DNA of 64,000 nucleotides, taken from positions 8,449 to 72,448 of the IMG/VR virus record IMGVR_UViG_3300030419_004676; one strand, 5' to 3'. The translations under genes were made by a program, and so were the position numbers. Below the pieces are notes generated by a model that did not search any database, had not been told where the DNA came from, and was given only the letters and a program-made list of their open reading frames with translations. Position 1 is the stretch's first letter. Every line of letters begins with the position of its first letter. This document shows positions 18,959-30,090 of the stretch, one piece after another. This DNA is from a virus.

Positions 18959-19924
18959 ATGCGAATATTAATTACAGGTGGAGCTGGATATTTAGGTTCA
19001 GTAATCACAAGACAATTATTGTTACATCATACGGTAACCGTAATAGACAATTTGATGTATAATCAAACATCATTATTAGATTTATTTGGTAAACCAGGTT
19101 TTAAGTTTATCTATGGGGATGTTCGTGATACAAATTTATTACTTAAACAAGTAAAAGAACATGATGTAATAATTCCACTTGCAGCCATTGTCGGATTTCC
19201 AAGTTGTGAAAAAGATAAACAACTTGCAACTGATATCAATTTTAATCAAATCAAAAATATTGTAGATAATTTATCAAAACATCAACGAATACTATATCCA
19301 AATACCAATAGTGGTTATGGTAGTAGAACTAATAAAGGTGAAGTAGATGAAACAAATTCACTAACACCAATCAGTCATTATGGTATTACAAAGTGTGATT
19401 CAGAAAATTATATAAAAGATAATAGTAATGGAATAACATTTAGATTAGCTACCGTGTTTGGTGTATCAAGTCGTATGAGATTAGATTTATTAGTTAATGA
19501 ATTTGTATATAAATTATTAACAGATAAATATATTACTATTTTTGAAAAAGAGTTTGTTCGTAATTTTATTCACATTCAAGATGTTGCATCGGTATTTAAT
19601 TATATGTGTATAAAATATGATGAGTATCATAATCAAATATTTAATGTGGGATTATCAGACACTAATATAAATAAAAAACAATTAGTAGAAAGAATACAAA
19701 AATATATCCCTGATACATCAGTAACTTATTCAGATTATTTTGTAGACCCTGATAAAAGAGATTATATTGTAAGTAATAAAAAAATAGAGTCAACAGGTTG
19801 GTCACCTAACTTTAGTTTAGATGATGGTATACAAGAATTAATAAAGGCATATCAAATGATTGTTCCACATGAAAGTTCACATTATAGAAATGCATTCCCA
19901 CTAAGTTATGGTGCATCATTATGA
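18959..19924 (+). CDS. NAD-dependent NDP-sugar epimerase/dehydratase/reductase (extended SDR)
   Basis: MRILITGGAGYLG, YGITK, FRLATVFG; start moved to the ATG after GGAGG. Confidence 0.9.
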   Translation: MRILITGGAGYLGSVITRQLLLHHTVTVIDNLMYNQTSLLDLFGKPGFKFIYGDVRDTNLLLKQVKEHDVIIPLAAIVGFPSCEKDKQLATDINFNQIKNIVDNLSKHQRILYPNTNSGYGSRTNKGEVDETNSLTPISHYGITKCDSENYIKDNSNGITFRLATVFGVSSRMRLDLLVNEFVYKLLTDKYITIFEKEFVRNFIHIQDVASVFNYMCIKYDEYHNQIFNVGLSDTNINKKQLVERIQKYIPDTSVTYSDYFVDPDKRDYIVSNKKIESTGWSPNFSLDDGIQELIKAYQMIVPHESSHYRNAFPLSYGASL

Positions 19925-20427
19925 CATTTCCATACGATAGAATTGAATCAGATATTTTACCAGAAGTAATAATGTTTAAACCAACACCACATATGGACTA
20001 TCGTGGTGAAATGTGGACATATTGGGAAAATACATATGAAACACCAAAAGAAAAAATATCTAAATTTACTCGTTCAAGAAAAAATGTATTAAGAGGTTTA
20101 CATGGGGACAGAGAAACTTGGAAACACATTACTTGTGTTTATGGTGAAATATATTTAGTGGTTGTAGATTATAGAGAAGATAGTGTAAATTATCTAACTT
20201 GGGAGAGTTATTTGATATCAGATAGAAATCATTTAAGTGTATTAGTTCCACCAGGTTTTCTAAATGGACATTTATGTTTATCAGACGAGTGTGTATTTCA
20301 CTATACACAATCTTATCCAAACGAGTATGTAGATACCAATGAACAAATTAGTCTTAAATGGAATGACCCAATGTTAAAAATTCAATGGCCAATAAATAAT
20401 CCAATATTATATGGGAGAGATAAATGA
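19921..20427 (+). CDS. rmlC: dTDP-4-dehydrorhamnose 3,5-epimerase family
   Basis: DYRG, SRKNVLRGLH, VVVDYR, VPPGFLNGH, WNDP...WP. Confidence 0.9.
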   Translation: MTFPYDRIESDILPEVIMFKPTPHMDYRGEMWTYWENTYETPKEKISKFTRSRKNVLRGLHGDRETWKHITCVYGEIYLVVVDYREDSVNYLTWESYLISDRNHLSVLVPPGFLNGHLCLSDECVFHYTQSYPNEYVDTNEQISLKWNDPMLKIQWPINNPILYGRDK

Positions 20428-21119
20428 GTGTAAAAATACCAAAACATATTTTAGATGGTGGAGTTATTAGAGAAATAACTTTAACTAAACAAGATTTAAT
20501 TGATTTTGAAAAAGAAGTTGCAGATTCGTATAATGATGGTGAAATAACAGCACCTGTTCATCTTGCATCAAATAATGAAGAACAATTAATAGAGGTTTTT
20601 CAGTATGTAAGTGAAATGGATTGGGTATTTTGTAGTTGGAGAAATCATTATCATGCACTATTACATGGTATAGATAAAGATAATCTAATGAGACAGATTA
20701 AGAATGGTAAGAGTATGAGTGTTAATCATTTTTATTCTGAAGATATGAGTTCACATCCAATTACAAGACAATGGAAATTTTATTCTTCATCTATTGTTGG
20801 TGGAACTTTACCAATTGCATTAGGAGTTGCATTATCTATAAAAAGAGACAATAAAGAACATCGTGAAAATAAATTACCTAAAGTTTGGTGTTTTGTTGGA
20901 GATATGACTTTTGAAAGTGGTATCTTTCATGAAGTATATAAATATGCTCGTAATAATGATTTACCATTGGAGTTTGTAGTTGAGGATAATAATCTCTCTA
21001 CAAATACACCTACTGATGAAACTTGGGGAAAGAAACAAGATGTTCCTGATGATGTGATTTATTATAAATATAAAAGTGATTACCCACACCACGGAACTGG
21101 CACTTGGGTTATGTTTTAG
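20424..21119 (+). CDS. TPP-dependent enzyme, E1-alpha-like subunit
   Basis: PVHL, WRNHYHAL, SSIVGG, GDMTFESG...VEDNN (GDG-like...NN TPP motif). Confidence 0.85.
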   Translation: MSVKIPKHILDGGVIREITLTKQDLIDFEKEVADSYNDGEITAPVHLASNNEEQLIEVFQYVSEMDWVFCSWRNHYHALLHGIDKDNLMRQIKNGKSMSVNHFYSEDMSSHPITRQWKFYSSSIVGGTLPIALGVALSIKRDNKEHRENKLPKVWCFVGDMTFESGIFHEVYKYARNNDLPLEFVVEDNNLSTNTPTDETWGKKQDVPDDVIYYKYKSDYPHHGTGTWVMF

Positions 21120-21127
21120 GAGAAATT

Positions 21128-22636
21128 ATGTTAGATATATTACCATTTAAATACTCATCACAAAAACTTGAATTAAAGGAATTCCATCATGGGAAAAAAC
21201 CAAGAACAAGAGATGAGTTAAATTCATACTATGATACAAAAGATTATCTATATGAAGTTACTCGTGAAGACCAATATGGAAATGCATTATCACAAATGTA
21301 TTATTATTATGATGGTGGTCGTGGTAAATTTAAAGTTCATCATACAGAACATTTTTTAGGAAAAAATAAACCTTATTTGATTTATGTTGAATATCAACCT
21401 GACTCTTCTTCTCCAGGCCCATCAAGACAAATGAAATTTGTTTTATCTAAAGCACTTGGAAAACAACATATTGATAATATAAAAAGTGGTAGAGCAAAAA
21501 TATGGTTTGATTGTACACCTGAAGAGAGAGTTCACGCAGAAGAAATTAACGATGATAATATATCCAAATTAATGAAATTTCTTGATAAAAATAAAATTCC
21601 ACAAGAATCAATATTATATACAGATGGTGATTTACTTGTAGATGAGTTATTTGAAAAATATGGAAAAGTAAATACAAAAGTTTTACCATTACATATGAAT
21701 AATGCATGGGAATCTTTTGAAAGATTTGCAAAAGATAATATGTGGTCAAGGTTAATTGTAAATCAAGAATACTTTTTAAGACCTAAACATTTTATGTTTA
21801 ATAATTTTATGCCAAGAACTGCAAGAACTATATTAATGTCAAAATTAGTTAAATCTGGAATATACAAAAAAGGATTCTGTTCATTTCAGGATATTGGAAA
21901 AGATGGTAATATATTTTTTCCATCCATGGGTGATGCATCATTTGATGATAGGTCATTTAACATATATCAGATATGTCGGACTGGAGATGTAAAAGGTTTT
22001 GATAAATACTTAGATATTTTAAGACCTGTATTACCTTTATCACATGATATGGTGGGTATAAAACAAGAAGATACTTTAGATAATTTAGATTATACTACTG
22101 CACGAATTGATGATGCAATGACATTGGTTCATTCATATGATAGTGCATTAGAAGATAAGGGTAAAAGAGTATTAACACATTATGATAGTACTTATGGGCC
22201 GTATTATAATCCTATTTCATATCTTAATGTTTATTTTGATGTATGTGCAGAAACATTTTCAGGTGGATTTGGTGATTATGATATTGAACCATTAGGGCCT
22301 GTATTTACAGAAAAAATATGGAGACCACTTGCACTTGGTACACCATTTATTCCTATTGCAGAACCAGGTAGTGTTAGAGCTTTAAAAAAACTTGGATTTA
22401 AATTGTATGATAAGATGTTTGATTATTCATTTGATGACGAAAAAGATGGACATAAGAGAATTGAAATGATTTATGATAATATAAAAAGATTAACCGATAT
22501 GTCAAGAGATGAATTACATAAATTAACTTATCAACATAAAAAAGACATGGTATACAACCATGAATATTTTATTAATGATTTTTATCACAATGTATATAAT
22601 AATCATTTAGAATTTTTAAATGGATGGGTAAAATGA
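21128..22636 (+). CDS. Putative GT-B glycosyltransferase (GT10-like 'TEK' family), paralogue 1
   Basis: YFDVCAET...FTEKIWRPL...PFI...LKKLGF...FDYSFD; AGGAG RBS before ATG 21128. Confidence 0.55.
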   Translation: MLDILPFKYSSQKLELKEFHHGKKPRTRDELNSYYDTKDYLYEVTREDQYGNALSQMYYYYDGGRGKFKVHHTEHFLGKNKPYLIYVEYQPDSSSPGPSRQMKFVLSKALGKQHIDNIKSGRAKIWFDCTPEERVHAEEINDDNISKLMKFLDKNKIPQESILYTDGDLLVDELFEKYGKVNTKVLPLHMNNAWESFERFAKDNMWSRLIVNQEYFLRPKHFMFNNFMPRTARTILMSKLVKSGIYKKGFCSFQDIGKDGNIFFPSMGDASFDDRSFNIYQICRTGDVKGFDKYLDILRPVLPLSHDMVGIKQEDTLDNLDYTTARIDDAMTLVHSYDSALEDKGKRVLTHYDSTYGPYYNPISYLNVYFDVCAETFSGGFGDYDIEPLGPVFTEKIWRPLALGTPFIPIAEPGSVRALKKLGFKLYDKMFDYSFDDEKDGHKRIEMIYDNIKRLTDMSRDELHKLTYQHKKDMVYNHEYFINDFYHNVYNNHLEFLNGWVK

Positions 22637-23427
22637 TAGGACATAGTGGTGTTTATTGGACAGCATCTTTAGTAAATTTATTTGGTAAAGAAAATATCAG
22701 AGTAGTTCAGATTGGTGCATGGAATGGTCATGAAACAAATCAGATTGCATCTATGGTTAGACAATGGGATGGTGAGTTAATTGTAATTGATTGGTTTAAG
22801 GGTAACATATCTGTAACTGATGATAGTGATATAAAATATGATGAAGACCATGTTGAAGAAAATAAAAAATTATTTTGGAGTAATATAGAACCTAAAAATA
22901 AAAAAGTTATTGATTTAAGAGTTGGTAATTCAAATGATTTAATTAAAGATATTGAAGACGATTCTATTGATATATTTCATATTGATGGTGCACATGAGTA
23001 TTCTATAGTTAAAAAGGATATTGAACTTGGATATCCAAAAGTAAAAGTAAATGGATTTATGTGTGGTGATGACTATTCAGGTGATTATCATATAAATAGA
23101 GTTGGTGAACTTAATAAAAAGTATTTAGAAGTAGATACAATTAATGGATATGGATATGAACATATAAATGGTGATATCATACCTAATATACATGCAGGTG
23201 TTATTAAGGCAGTCTATGAATATTTTGATAAAGGAGATATAATGTTTAATCTACCACAGGCGAAGTGGTTACATTGGAAGAAACCTAACTCTGAAGTAGG
23301 TTATAATATGGAATCATTTACAAAGGGATTGAGATATGAAGGCAGTATATTGGATGAGTTTAATCCTGATGAAGAAATAGAAGAAATAAAAAATACACCT
23401 GCTTTTGGAAGTGAGTTTAATAAATGA
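22633..23427 (+). CDS. Class I SAM-dependent methyltransferase (Methyltransf_24-like)
   Basis: VQIGAWNG, IDWFKG, IDIFHIDGAHEY...GFMCGDDY. Confidence 0.8.
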   Translation: MIGHSGVYWTASLVNLFGKENIRVVQIGAWNGHETNQIASMVRQWDGELIVIDWFKGNISVTDDSDIKYDEDHVEENKKLFWSNIEPKNKKVIDLRVGNSNDLIKDIEDDSIDIFHIDGAHEYSIVKKDIELGYPKVKVNGFMCGDDYSGDYHINRVGELNKKYLEVDTINGYGYEHINGDIIPNIHAGVIKAVYEYFDKGDIMFNLPQAKWLHWKKPNSEVGYNMESFTKGLRYEGSILDEFNPDEEIEEIKNTPAFGSEFNK

Positions 23428-24065
23428 AATATATCGGTAATAGAGAACATCCAATAAACACAATTACAAGATATTATGCAGGTGATAATTCACATGATGT
23501 AGATTATTTTTTCAATGAGTATGGATATAGATACGATGGTTCAGATAAATGGTATGATAATAATTTAGTTGTTATTGGTGATAGTTTTACTTTTGGATTG
23601 GGTTTAAATATAGAGGATACTTGGTCACATAAATTATCAGAAAAGCTGAATTGTAATTTAATTAATTTATCTCAAGGGTCATGTTCAAATGAATATATTT
23701 ATAATACTTTGAAAAGAGAATTACCAAAAATTAAAAATGTAAAATGTGTAATTGTTTATTTTACATATCATCATCGTTTTGATTTCATAGAAGAACCAGG
23801 AGGCCCATGGAATTCTAAATGGAAAAAGTTAATTACTTTAATTGGAGAAGAAAAATTAAAAAGTATGAGTGAAAATTTTATTGAATCTACAAAAATATTA
23901 TTAAAAGATATACCAAATTTTTTATATTCAGTTGAAGATTCAAAACATTTAGATAATAAAATAAGACTAACTTATGATGATTATTCAAATAATAAAACTC
24001 ATCCAGGTAAAGAATCAAATGATATTTTTTTTAAAAAAATTTATGAGGTAATAAAGAATGTATAA
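23424..24065 (+). CDS. SGNH/GDSL-like protein
   Basis: IGDSFTFG, INLSQGSCSN, terminal THPG. Confidence 0.7.
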   Translation: MKYIGNREHPINTITRYYAGDNSHDVDYFFNEYGYRYDGSDKWYDNNLVVIGDSFTFGLGLNIEDTWSHKLSEKLNCNLINLSQGSCSNEYIYNTLKRELPKIKNVKCVIVYFTYHHRFDFIEEPGGPWNSKWKKLITLIGEEKLKSMSENFIESTKILLKDIPNFLYSVEDSKHLDNKIRLTYDDYSNNKTHPGKESNDIFFKKIYEVIKNV

Positions 24066-24717
24066 TAAAATTTATGTAAATGGAGCAAGTTGGGTTCAAG
24101 GTATGGGAGTTGAAAGAAATGAAGTTTTTAGTTATCATTTGGCAAAACTTTTAGAGTGTGAAGAACTAAACATTGCAGAGGGTGGTGCATCCAATGATTG
24201 GGTAATTAGACAAACCATAGATTATGTTTTGGAAAATAATCCAAAGAATCACTTATTTGTATTAGGTTTTGCAGGTTATTTTAGATGGGATATTTGGGAT
24301 GATATAAAGAAAAAATGGGAAAAGGGACACCCAATGAGTTTTTTAGAAAAATCTTTATTTGATAAAGAAGTAAAAGATAATGGTTTAGAGTATGCAAAAC
24401 ATTGGAAATATTTTGTAGAAAATTTTTATAATGAAAAAATAATGAGAGATAAATTTGTTAGAGATATACATTTGTTAGAATCATTTTTTGAGGTTAGAAA
24501 TATTGATTACATTTTATTTGATACAACATCAGGTATATTGAAAGAGGTTCCAAATACTTTTAAAAATTTTGTTGATTTAAGTTGGGAAGATTTTTGTGGT
24601 GGAAGACATAGATTTGATTCAGGTGAGTATATTAGTTCAGAAGATGGCCATCCAAATTCTAACAACCATAAAAAGTGGTCAAAATATTTGTATGATATTA
24701 TAAAGGAGAAAAAATGA
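24058..24717 (+). CDS. SGNH-like protein
   Basis: VNGASW, NIAEGGASN, DGHPN. Confidence 0.7.
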   Translation: MYNKIYVNGASWVQGMGVERNEVFSYHLAKLLECEELNIAEGGASNDWVIRQTIDYVLENNPKNHLFVLGFAGYFRWDIWDDIKKKWEKGHPMSFLEKSLFDKEVKDNGLEYAKHWKYFVENFYNEKIMRDKFVRDIHLLESFFEVRNIDYILFDTTSGILKEVPNTFKNFVDLSWEDFCGGRHRFDSGEYISSEDGHPNSNNHKKWSKYLYDIIKEKK

Positions 24718-25628
24718 AAGCTTTAATAATAGGTGGTAGAGGAATGGTTGGAAGACAACTTGTTGAGTTGTGTTCTAAAGTTTATGATGAAGTTTGTGTT
24801 GCAGATATAGGTTATAGTATTCCACAAGATTTACCAGATAATGTTGATTATGAACCTTGTGATATGACCTTTAAAACTAATGCAAGTATCGTTGCAGATT
24901 ATAATCATGTTTATCACTTGGCAGGAATTAAAGGTTCACCATTAAGAGTAAAGGAATCACCTGCCGATTATTTACCTATGTTACAATTTGATACCAATGT
25001 TATACAGGCAATTGGTCAATGGAAACCAGATTGGTTTCTTTACACAAGTTCAATTGGTGTTTATCCACCAAGTGAATTTTATAATGAAGATGATGTGTGG
25101 GATAAAGTTCCAAGTCCAAATGATAAAATCCCTGCATACATAAAACGAATGGGAGAGTTAAGTTGTGAGGCTATTAGTATTACAGACGATTATAAAAATA
25201 TATCCATTGTTAGACCAGCAAACATATACGGCCCTTTTGATAATTTTGGTGATGAATCTACCGTGATTGCATCAATGATTAAAAAAGGTTATCATGATGA
25301 TGTTATAAATGTTTGGGGAGATGGAACACCAATACGAGATTTCATATATTCAAAAGATGTAGCTCGTGGTATGTTACATATGGTTCAGAATAAAGTAAAT
25401 GATGTAGTGAATCTTGGTAGTGGTGAAGAAGTTAGAATATCAGATATCGCCAGTGTGATTGGGACATACTTTGGAACAGAGATAGAGTATGATTTGACAA
25501 AACCAAATGGTGATATGAGAAGACAAATGAATACAGATAGAATGAAATCATATGGGTTTGAAAGAGAATATACATTACAAATGGGTTTAACAGAAACAAT
25601 AGAATATTATGAGGAGTTACAAAAATGA
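24714..25628 (+). CDS. NDP-sugar epimerase/reductase (GDP-L-fucose synthase-like SDR)
   Basis: GGRGMVG, RPANIYGPFDNF, VWGDGTPIRDFIY, KPNG. Confidence 0.85.
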   Translation: MKALIIGGRGMVGRQLVELCSKVYDEVCVADIGYSIPQDLPDNVDYEPCDMTFKTNASIVADYNHVYHLAGIKGSPLRVKESPADYLPMLQFDTNVIQAIGQWKPDWFLYTSSIGVYPPSEFYNEDDVWDKVPSPNDKIPAYIKRMGELSCEAISITDDYKNISIVRPANIYGPFDNFGDESTVIASMIKKGYHDDVINVWGDGTPIRDFIYSKDVARGMLHMVQNKVNDVVNLGSGEEVRISDIASVIGTYFGTEIEYDLTKPNGDMRRQMNTDRMKSYGFEREYTLQMGLTETIEYYEELQK

Positions 25629-26665
25629 TTTACATATTAGATAATGGAGATATGTTTCCTAAGTTATTGAAAACAATAACAAAATGGTTAGATTATGAAG
25701 TAAAAGAAATACCAGACCTTAAGTTTGAATATCAAAAAAGTGATATATTAATATTAAATGGTGAACATTTTACAGAATTATATCATAAAAGTAAAGATGA
25801 GTTATGGGAAAAATTTAAAAAAATACAAATACCAATTATAATAATAATTGATGATTCTGCATTGGGTTGGGGCCCAACTAAAATGCATGTTGTTGATAAT
25901 AGACCTATTTATATTTTAACACCATCAATTGGAACAGATATACCTAAGTTTGGAGTTCAACCAAATGATGATAATTTTAATTATTTATTAACACATATAA
26001 TAGAAAATAGTGACGAAAATGTTACCGAACAATTACTTGAAAGTGGTAAAAGTTTTTTAAGAAGTAAATACTTTCTTTCTTTAAATAGAGAACCAAAACC
26101 ACATAGAGATTTTTTATATAATTTTATTGATACAAATAATCTATATTCAAAATTTTATTATTCTTATACTAAAAAGAAAAACCCTATATTTTTAGATGGT
26201 GATAAAGACTGGGGTAGATATTCAATATTAGACCCAACAGATATAAATTATGTTAAACATTATGATTCATACTTTAGTGTTATTACTTTACCAGAATATG
26301 AAAAAGGACATTTTCATTTTATTGATGAAAAAATGTGGAAACCTATATTAAGTCATCAACCATTTATTCTTTTGGGTGCACCTTTTTATTTAAAAACTTT
26401 AAAATCGTTTGGATTTCAAACTTTTTATGATTTGATTGATGAGTCATATGATAATATGATTAATGATAAACAAAGATGGAACAGAGCGTGTGTAGAAATT
26501 AAAAAACTTTCAAAAACACCTATAAGTAAAATCCATGAATGGTATTATAGTTCTGATACACAATCAAAATTAAAACATAATTATAATGTTGCAAAAAAAA
26601 TGTCTTGGCAACAAAGAGAAAAAATTTCAACTTTAATAGAAGATTTACAAGATTACGATGTATAA
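25625..26665 (+). CDS. Putative GT10-like glycosyltransferase, paralogue 2
   Basis: FLSLNREPKPHR; YFSVIT...IDEKMWKP...QPFI...GFQTF..IDESYD. Confidence 0.55.
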   Translation: MIYILDNGDMFPKLLKTITKWLDYEVKEIPDLKFEYQKSDILILNGEHFTELYHKSKDELWEKFKKIQIPIIIIIDDSALGWGPTKMHVVDNRPIYILTPSIGTDIPKFGVQPNDDNFNYLLTHIIENSDENVTEQLLESGKSFLRSKYFLSLNREPKPHRDFLYNFIDTNNLYSKFYYSYTKKKNPIFLDGDKDWGRYSILDPTDINYVKHYDSYFSVITLPEYEKGHFHFIDEKMWKPILSHQPFILLGAPFYLKTLKSFGFQTFYDLIDESYDNMINDKQRWNRACVEIKKLSKTPISKIHEWYYSSDTQSKLKHNYNVAKKMSWQQREKISTLIEDLQDYDV

Positions 26666-27785
26666 CGGATATCATTTTGATAAATTAATAATTAATCACT
26701 TGCAAGATTATAAAATACATTTTATGACCTTTGAAGATGTCTATGCCGATAAAAACATTGAGGTAGATTCTTTTGATTATATTATTTTGTCACATGAATT
26801 TGAAGTATCAAATACTAAATTATTTGAAGACTTACATAACTATTTTGATAAAAAATTAATAGAGTTGGATAAAGTTATTTTAGTTATGGGTGACTTTTCT
26901 TTAGAAGAAAAATATAATAATTTTTGTAATAATAATAACTTTTACAAGTATAAACCTAAACTTAATATGTTGAGTGCATTTTTTATGGAAATTTGTATTA
27001 GAGATAATTTTGAAATCTCTTGGTATCTTGAATATAAAAAGAATATCTTAAACGACCTTAATAATATTCGTAAATCTTACCAATTAAAGCCTAAAAGATT
27101 CTTATCAATGAATGGTACATTAAAACCACATCGTGAAAAGTTTATATCATATATAAAAAAACATCAGTTAACAGATTATATAGATTATTCAGAGTTACAA
27201 TCAGGTATGCCTGTAGATAAATATAATTTTAACGATAAAAAAATAAAAAGATTTATTGAACAACAGGAAAAACAAATTGATACAAGAGTTGATATACAAG
27301 ATATGAATAAAGATATAGATAAAACTTTTCATTTAAATTATGTTTATGGAGATAGTCAATGGAAGATTCCTGGACAAGAAAATCTATATCAATTGTATAA
27401 GAATTATAATATAGATATTATTTCAGAGAGTGAAGCTAATCATGATGATAGTTTATTTTTTACTGAAAAAACTTTACGACCTTTATATTTTGGATTACCA
27501 TTTTTAATGATTGGTAATAAAAATATGTTAAGTAATTTACAAGAAATGGGATATGCAACTTATGATAATATATTTGATGAATCTTATGATAAACTTGATT
27601 CTTGGAGAGATAGACTTGAACATGTATCATCTGAAGTAAATAGATTTTGTAGTATGAATCAATCTGAATTTACTTTACAAATGCACAAAGCTACTGATAA
27701 TATATTACATAATGTTCATCATTTTTTTCAAAATGATTATGAATTAAAAAGAATTGAAAGAAAACTTGGAGAGATAGTCTCATGA
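26658..27785 (+). CDS. Putative GT10-like glycosyltransferase, paralogue 3
   Basis: FLSMNGTLKPHR; IISES...FTEKTLRP...PFL...FDESYD. Confidence 0.55.
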   Translation: MYNGYHFDKLIINHLQDYKIHFMTFEDVYADKNIEVDSFDYIILSHEFEVSNTKLFEDLHNYFDKKLIELDKVILVMGDFSLEEKYNNFCNNNNFYKYKPKLNMLSAFFMEICIRDNFEISWYLEYKKNILNDLNNIRKSYQLKPKRFLSMNGTLKPHREKFISYIKKHQLTDYIDYSELQSGMPVDKYNFNDKKIKRFIEQQEKQIDTRVDIQDMNKDIDKTFHLNYVYGDSQWKIPGQENLYQLYKNYNIDIISESEANHDDSLFFTEKTLRPLYFGLPFLMIGNKNMLSNLQEMGYATYDNIFDESYDKLDSWRDRLEHVSSEVNRFCSMNQSEFTLQMHKATDNILHNVHHFFQNDYELKRIERKLGEIVS

Positions 27786-29143
27786 AAGTATTAATATTTG
27801 ATGGATACACCGATAATTTATTTAGAATCTTTTTTAATCATGATTCAAGACTAAATGTGAAGACTCACTACCAACAAAGAGAGGATTCAGATGGTTCTCA
27901 AATCTATAATGAAAAAGATTGGGATATTTTAGTAATGTCATTGTTTGATGTAGATAACCATTTTTCACAAGAAAATTCTACAGAAAACATTAAAAATATG
28001 AAACGATTAATTAATAACTCAAATTCTCAATTTAAAATATTCATAGATGGTTTAGGTGAGGGTTGTGACATCGGAAGGAGATGGGGCCAATTATTTGATT
28101 TTTGTGATAACTTAGATATTGACCCAAATACAATTAATTTATTTTTAACAACTATGAATGTTGAAGAAAGTTATAATGAATGGAAAAAGTCGGACACCTT
28201 AAGAAATTTAAAATTTGCGAAAAATTTTATTTATAATGAAAAAATACCATTCAACTGGTATGATAATGACTTTTTATCATTTGTATATTTTAGTGTTAAT
28301 AGGTTTATAAATAAAGATAATAAAGTTACCACTATGGGTGGAGAATATAATAAATTATATGAAAAGGATGGATTGTTTTTAAAACCTAATCGTCAATTAA
28401 GAGATTATAAAATTCTATCACTTGTTGCAAATCCAATGACACATAGGGTTATTGTTCAGAATCATTTACTAAAAAATCAATATGACAAACAAGGATTAAT
28501 TAGTTTTAATGATAATTTACAAAATATTGTGAATAGTCGGGGTCAAAAAATAGACCATGTTGTTTGTGATACAAGAGTTTTGAAAGAATTTAATTTATTG
28601 GAGTATTTTAATAAAGAATTTTTAAATAGAATACCAATTAGAATAGATTGGGAAGAATTTAATAATTCACAATCCTTTCTTGGTCGTTATAGTCCTAATT
28701 ATGATTTTTATAACAACTCATACTTTAGTGTTGTATGTGAGACAAATTATGAGATGGAGTTTGACAATGACACTTATTCATATCATTTACCAATATTCTT
28801 AACAGAAAAAACTTTAAATGCATTATGGTCATATCATCCATTCATTATAGTGAATCACAAACATAGTTTAAAGAAATTAAGAGAATTGGGATTTGAAACT
28901 TTTCCAGAATTATTTGATGAAAGTTATGATGAGGAGTTTGACCCACAAAAAAGATTAAAAATGGTTTTATCAGAAATAGATAGAGTGATGAAACTTGATA
29001 AAAAAGAATTACATAAAATTTATTGGAGTATGGAAGATAAATTTATACATAATAGAAATGTTATACTTGATATAGTGTTGAATCAAACACCAAATGTATA
29101 TGAAGACTTAAACAAAATATTAGGAATCGGGGATACGGTATGA
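27782..29143 (+). CDS. Putative GT10-like glycosyltransferase, paralogue 4
   Basis: YFSVVCET...LTEKT...HPFII...LRELGFETF..FDESYD. Confidence 0.55.
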   Translation: MKVLIFDGYTDNLFRIFFNHDSRLNVKTHYQQREDSDGSQIYNEKDWDILVMSLFDVDNHFSQENSTENIKNMKRLINNSNSQFKIFIDGLGEGCDIGRRWGQLFDFCDNLDIDPNTINLFLTTMNVEESYNEWKKSDTLRNLKFAKNFIYNEKIPFNWYDNDFLSFVYFSVNRFINKDNKVTTMGGEYNKLYEKDGLFLKPNRQLRDYKILSLVANPMTHRVIVQNHLLKNQYDKQGLISFNDNLQNIVNSRGQKIDHVVCDTRVLKEFNLLEYFNKEFLNRIPIRIDWEEFNNSQSFLGRYSPNYDFYNNSYFSVVCETNYEMEFDNDTYSYHLPIFLTEKTLNALWSYHPFIIVNHKHSLKKLRELGFETFPELFDESYDEEFDPQKRLKMVLSEIDRVMKLDKKELHKIYWSMEDKFIHNRNVILDIVLNQTPNVYEDLNKILGIGDTV

Positions 29144-30090
29144 AAATTTTAGTAACAGGAACATCAGGACTAATAGGATATAATCTTGTAGAAAGATTAT
29201 TAAAAGATGGACACGAAGTATTTGGAACAATACATAAAAACAATAAAAGAGTAAAAGGTGTAGAATACTTTTATGGTGATTTACGAGATATGGAATTTTG
29301 TAAAGAAATCACAGAGGGTATGGATATAGTTGTTAATTGTTCTGCAAATACTTCAAATGCAGTTGATACCGTAAAGTCACCTTTAGTTCATGTTACACCG
29401 AATGTTATAGTAAACACACAATTGATAGAGGCTACATATTTCAATAAAGTAAAGAAGTATGTATTTATCAGTAGTTCAACCGTATATCCACCAAGTGGTG
29501 AAGATTTAGTTGATGAAACTTGGAATATATTTGAAGAACCATATCCTGTATATCATGCAGTAGGTTGGATGAAAAGATATGGTGAAGTGTTGTGTGATTT
29601 ATATGCAAATCAATTATCACCAAATATGGATTGTTTAGTGGTGAGACCTGCAAATTGTTATGGGCCCCATGATAAATGGGACTTTGATAAGTGTCATGTC
29701 ACACCTGCAACAATTAGAAAAGTAATTGACAAACATAATCCAATTCAAGTTTGGGGTGATGGTGAGGATGTTAGAGATGTTATATACATAGAAGATTTTA
29801 TAGATGGTTTAGTGAATGTCATGGAGAATTCTAAAGACAAATATGAAGTAGTTAATATTGGTTCTAATACAAGTTATAGTGTTAATGAGATATTAGATAC
29901 TTGTATGGAAGTTGATAATTACAACGCACCAATTGAATATATTAGTGGCAAACCATCTATGATACCAATCAGAAAAATAAGTTCTGATAAGATGAAAAAT
30001 AAATACCAATGGGAAGCAAAAACTTCATTGTCAGAGGGAATAAGAAAGACAATAGATTGGTATAAACAGGAGTACGGAAATGACGAATAA
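29140..30090 (+). CDS. NDP-sugar epimerase/reductase (GDP-L-fucose synthase-like SDR)
   Basis: GTSGLIG, ISSSTVYP, RPANCYGPHD, VWGDGEDVRD. Confidence 0.85.
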   Translation: MKILVTGTSGLIGYNLVERLLKDGHEVFGTIHKNNKRVKGVEYFYGDLRDMEFCKEITEGMDIVVNCSANTSNAVDTVKSPLVHVTPNVIVNTQLIEATYFNKVKKYVFISSSTVYPPSGEDLVDETWNIFEEPYPVYHAVGWMKRYGEVLCDLYANQLSPNMDCLVVRPANCYGPHDKWDFDKCHVTPATIRKVIDKHNPIQVWGDGEDVRDVIYIEDFIDGLVNVMENSKDKYEVVNIGSNTSYSVNEILDTCMEVDNYNAPIEYISGKPSMIPIRKISSDKMKNKYQWEAKTSLSEGIRKTIDWYKQEYGNDE

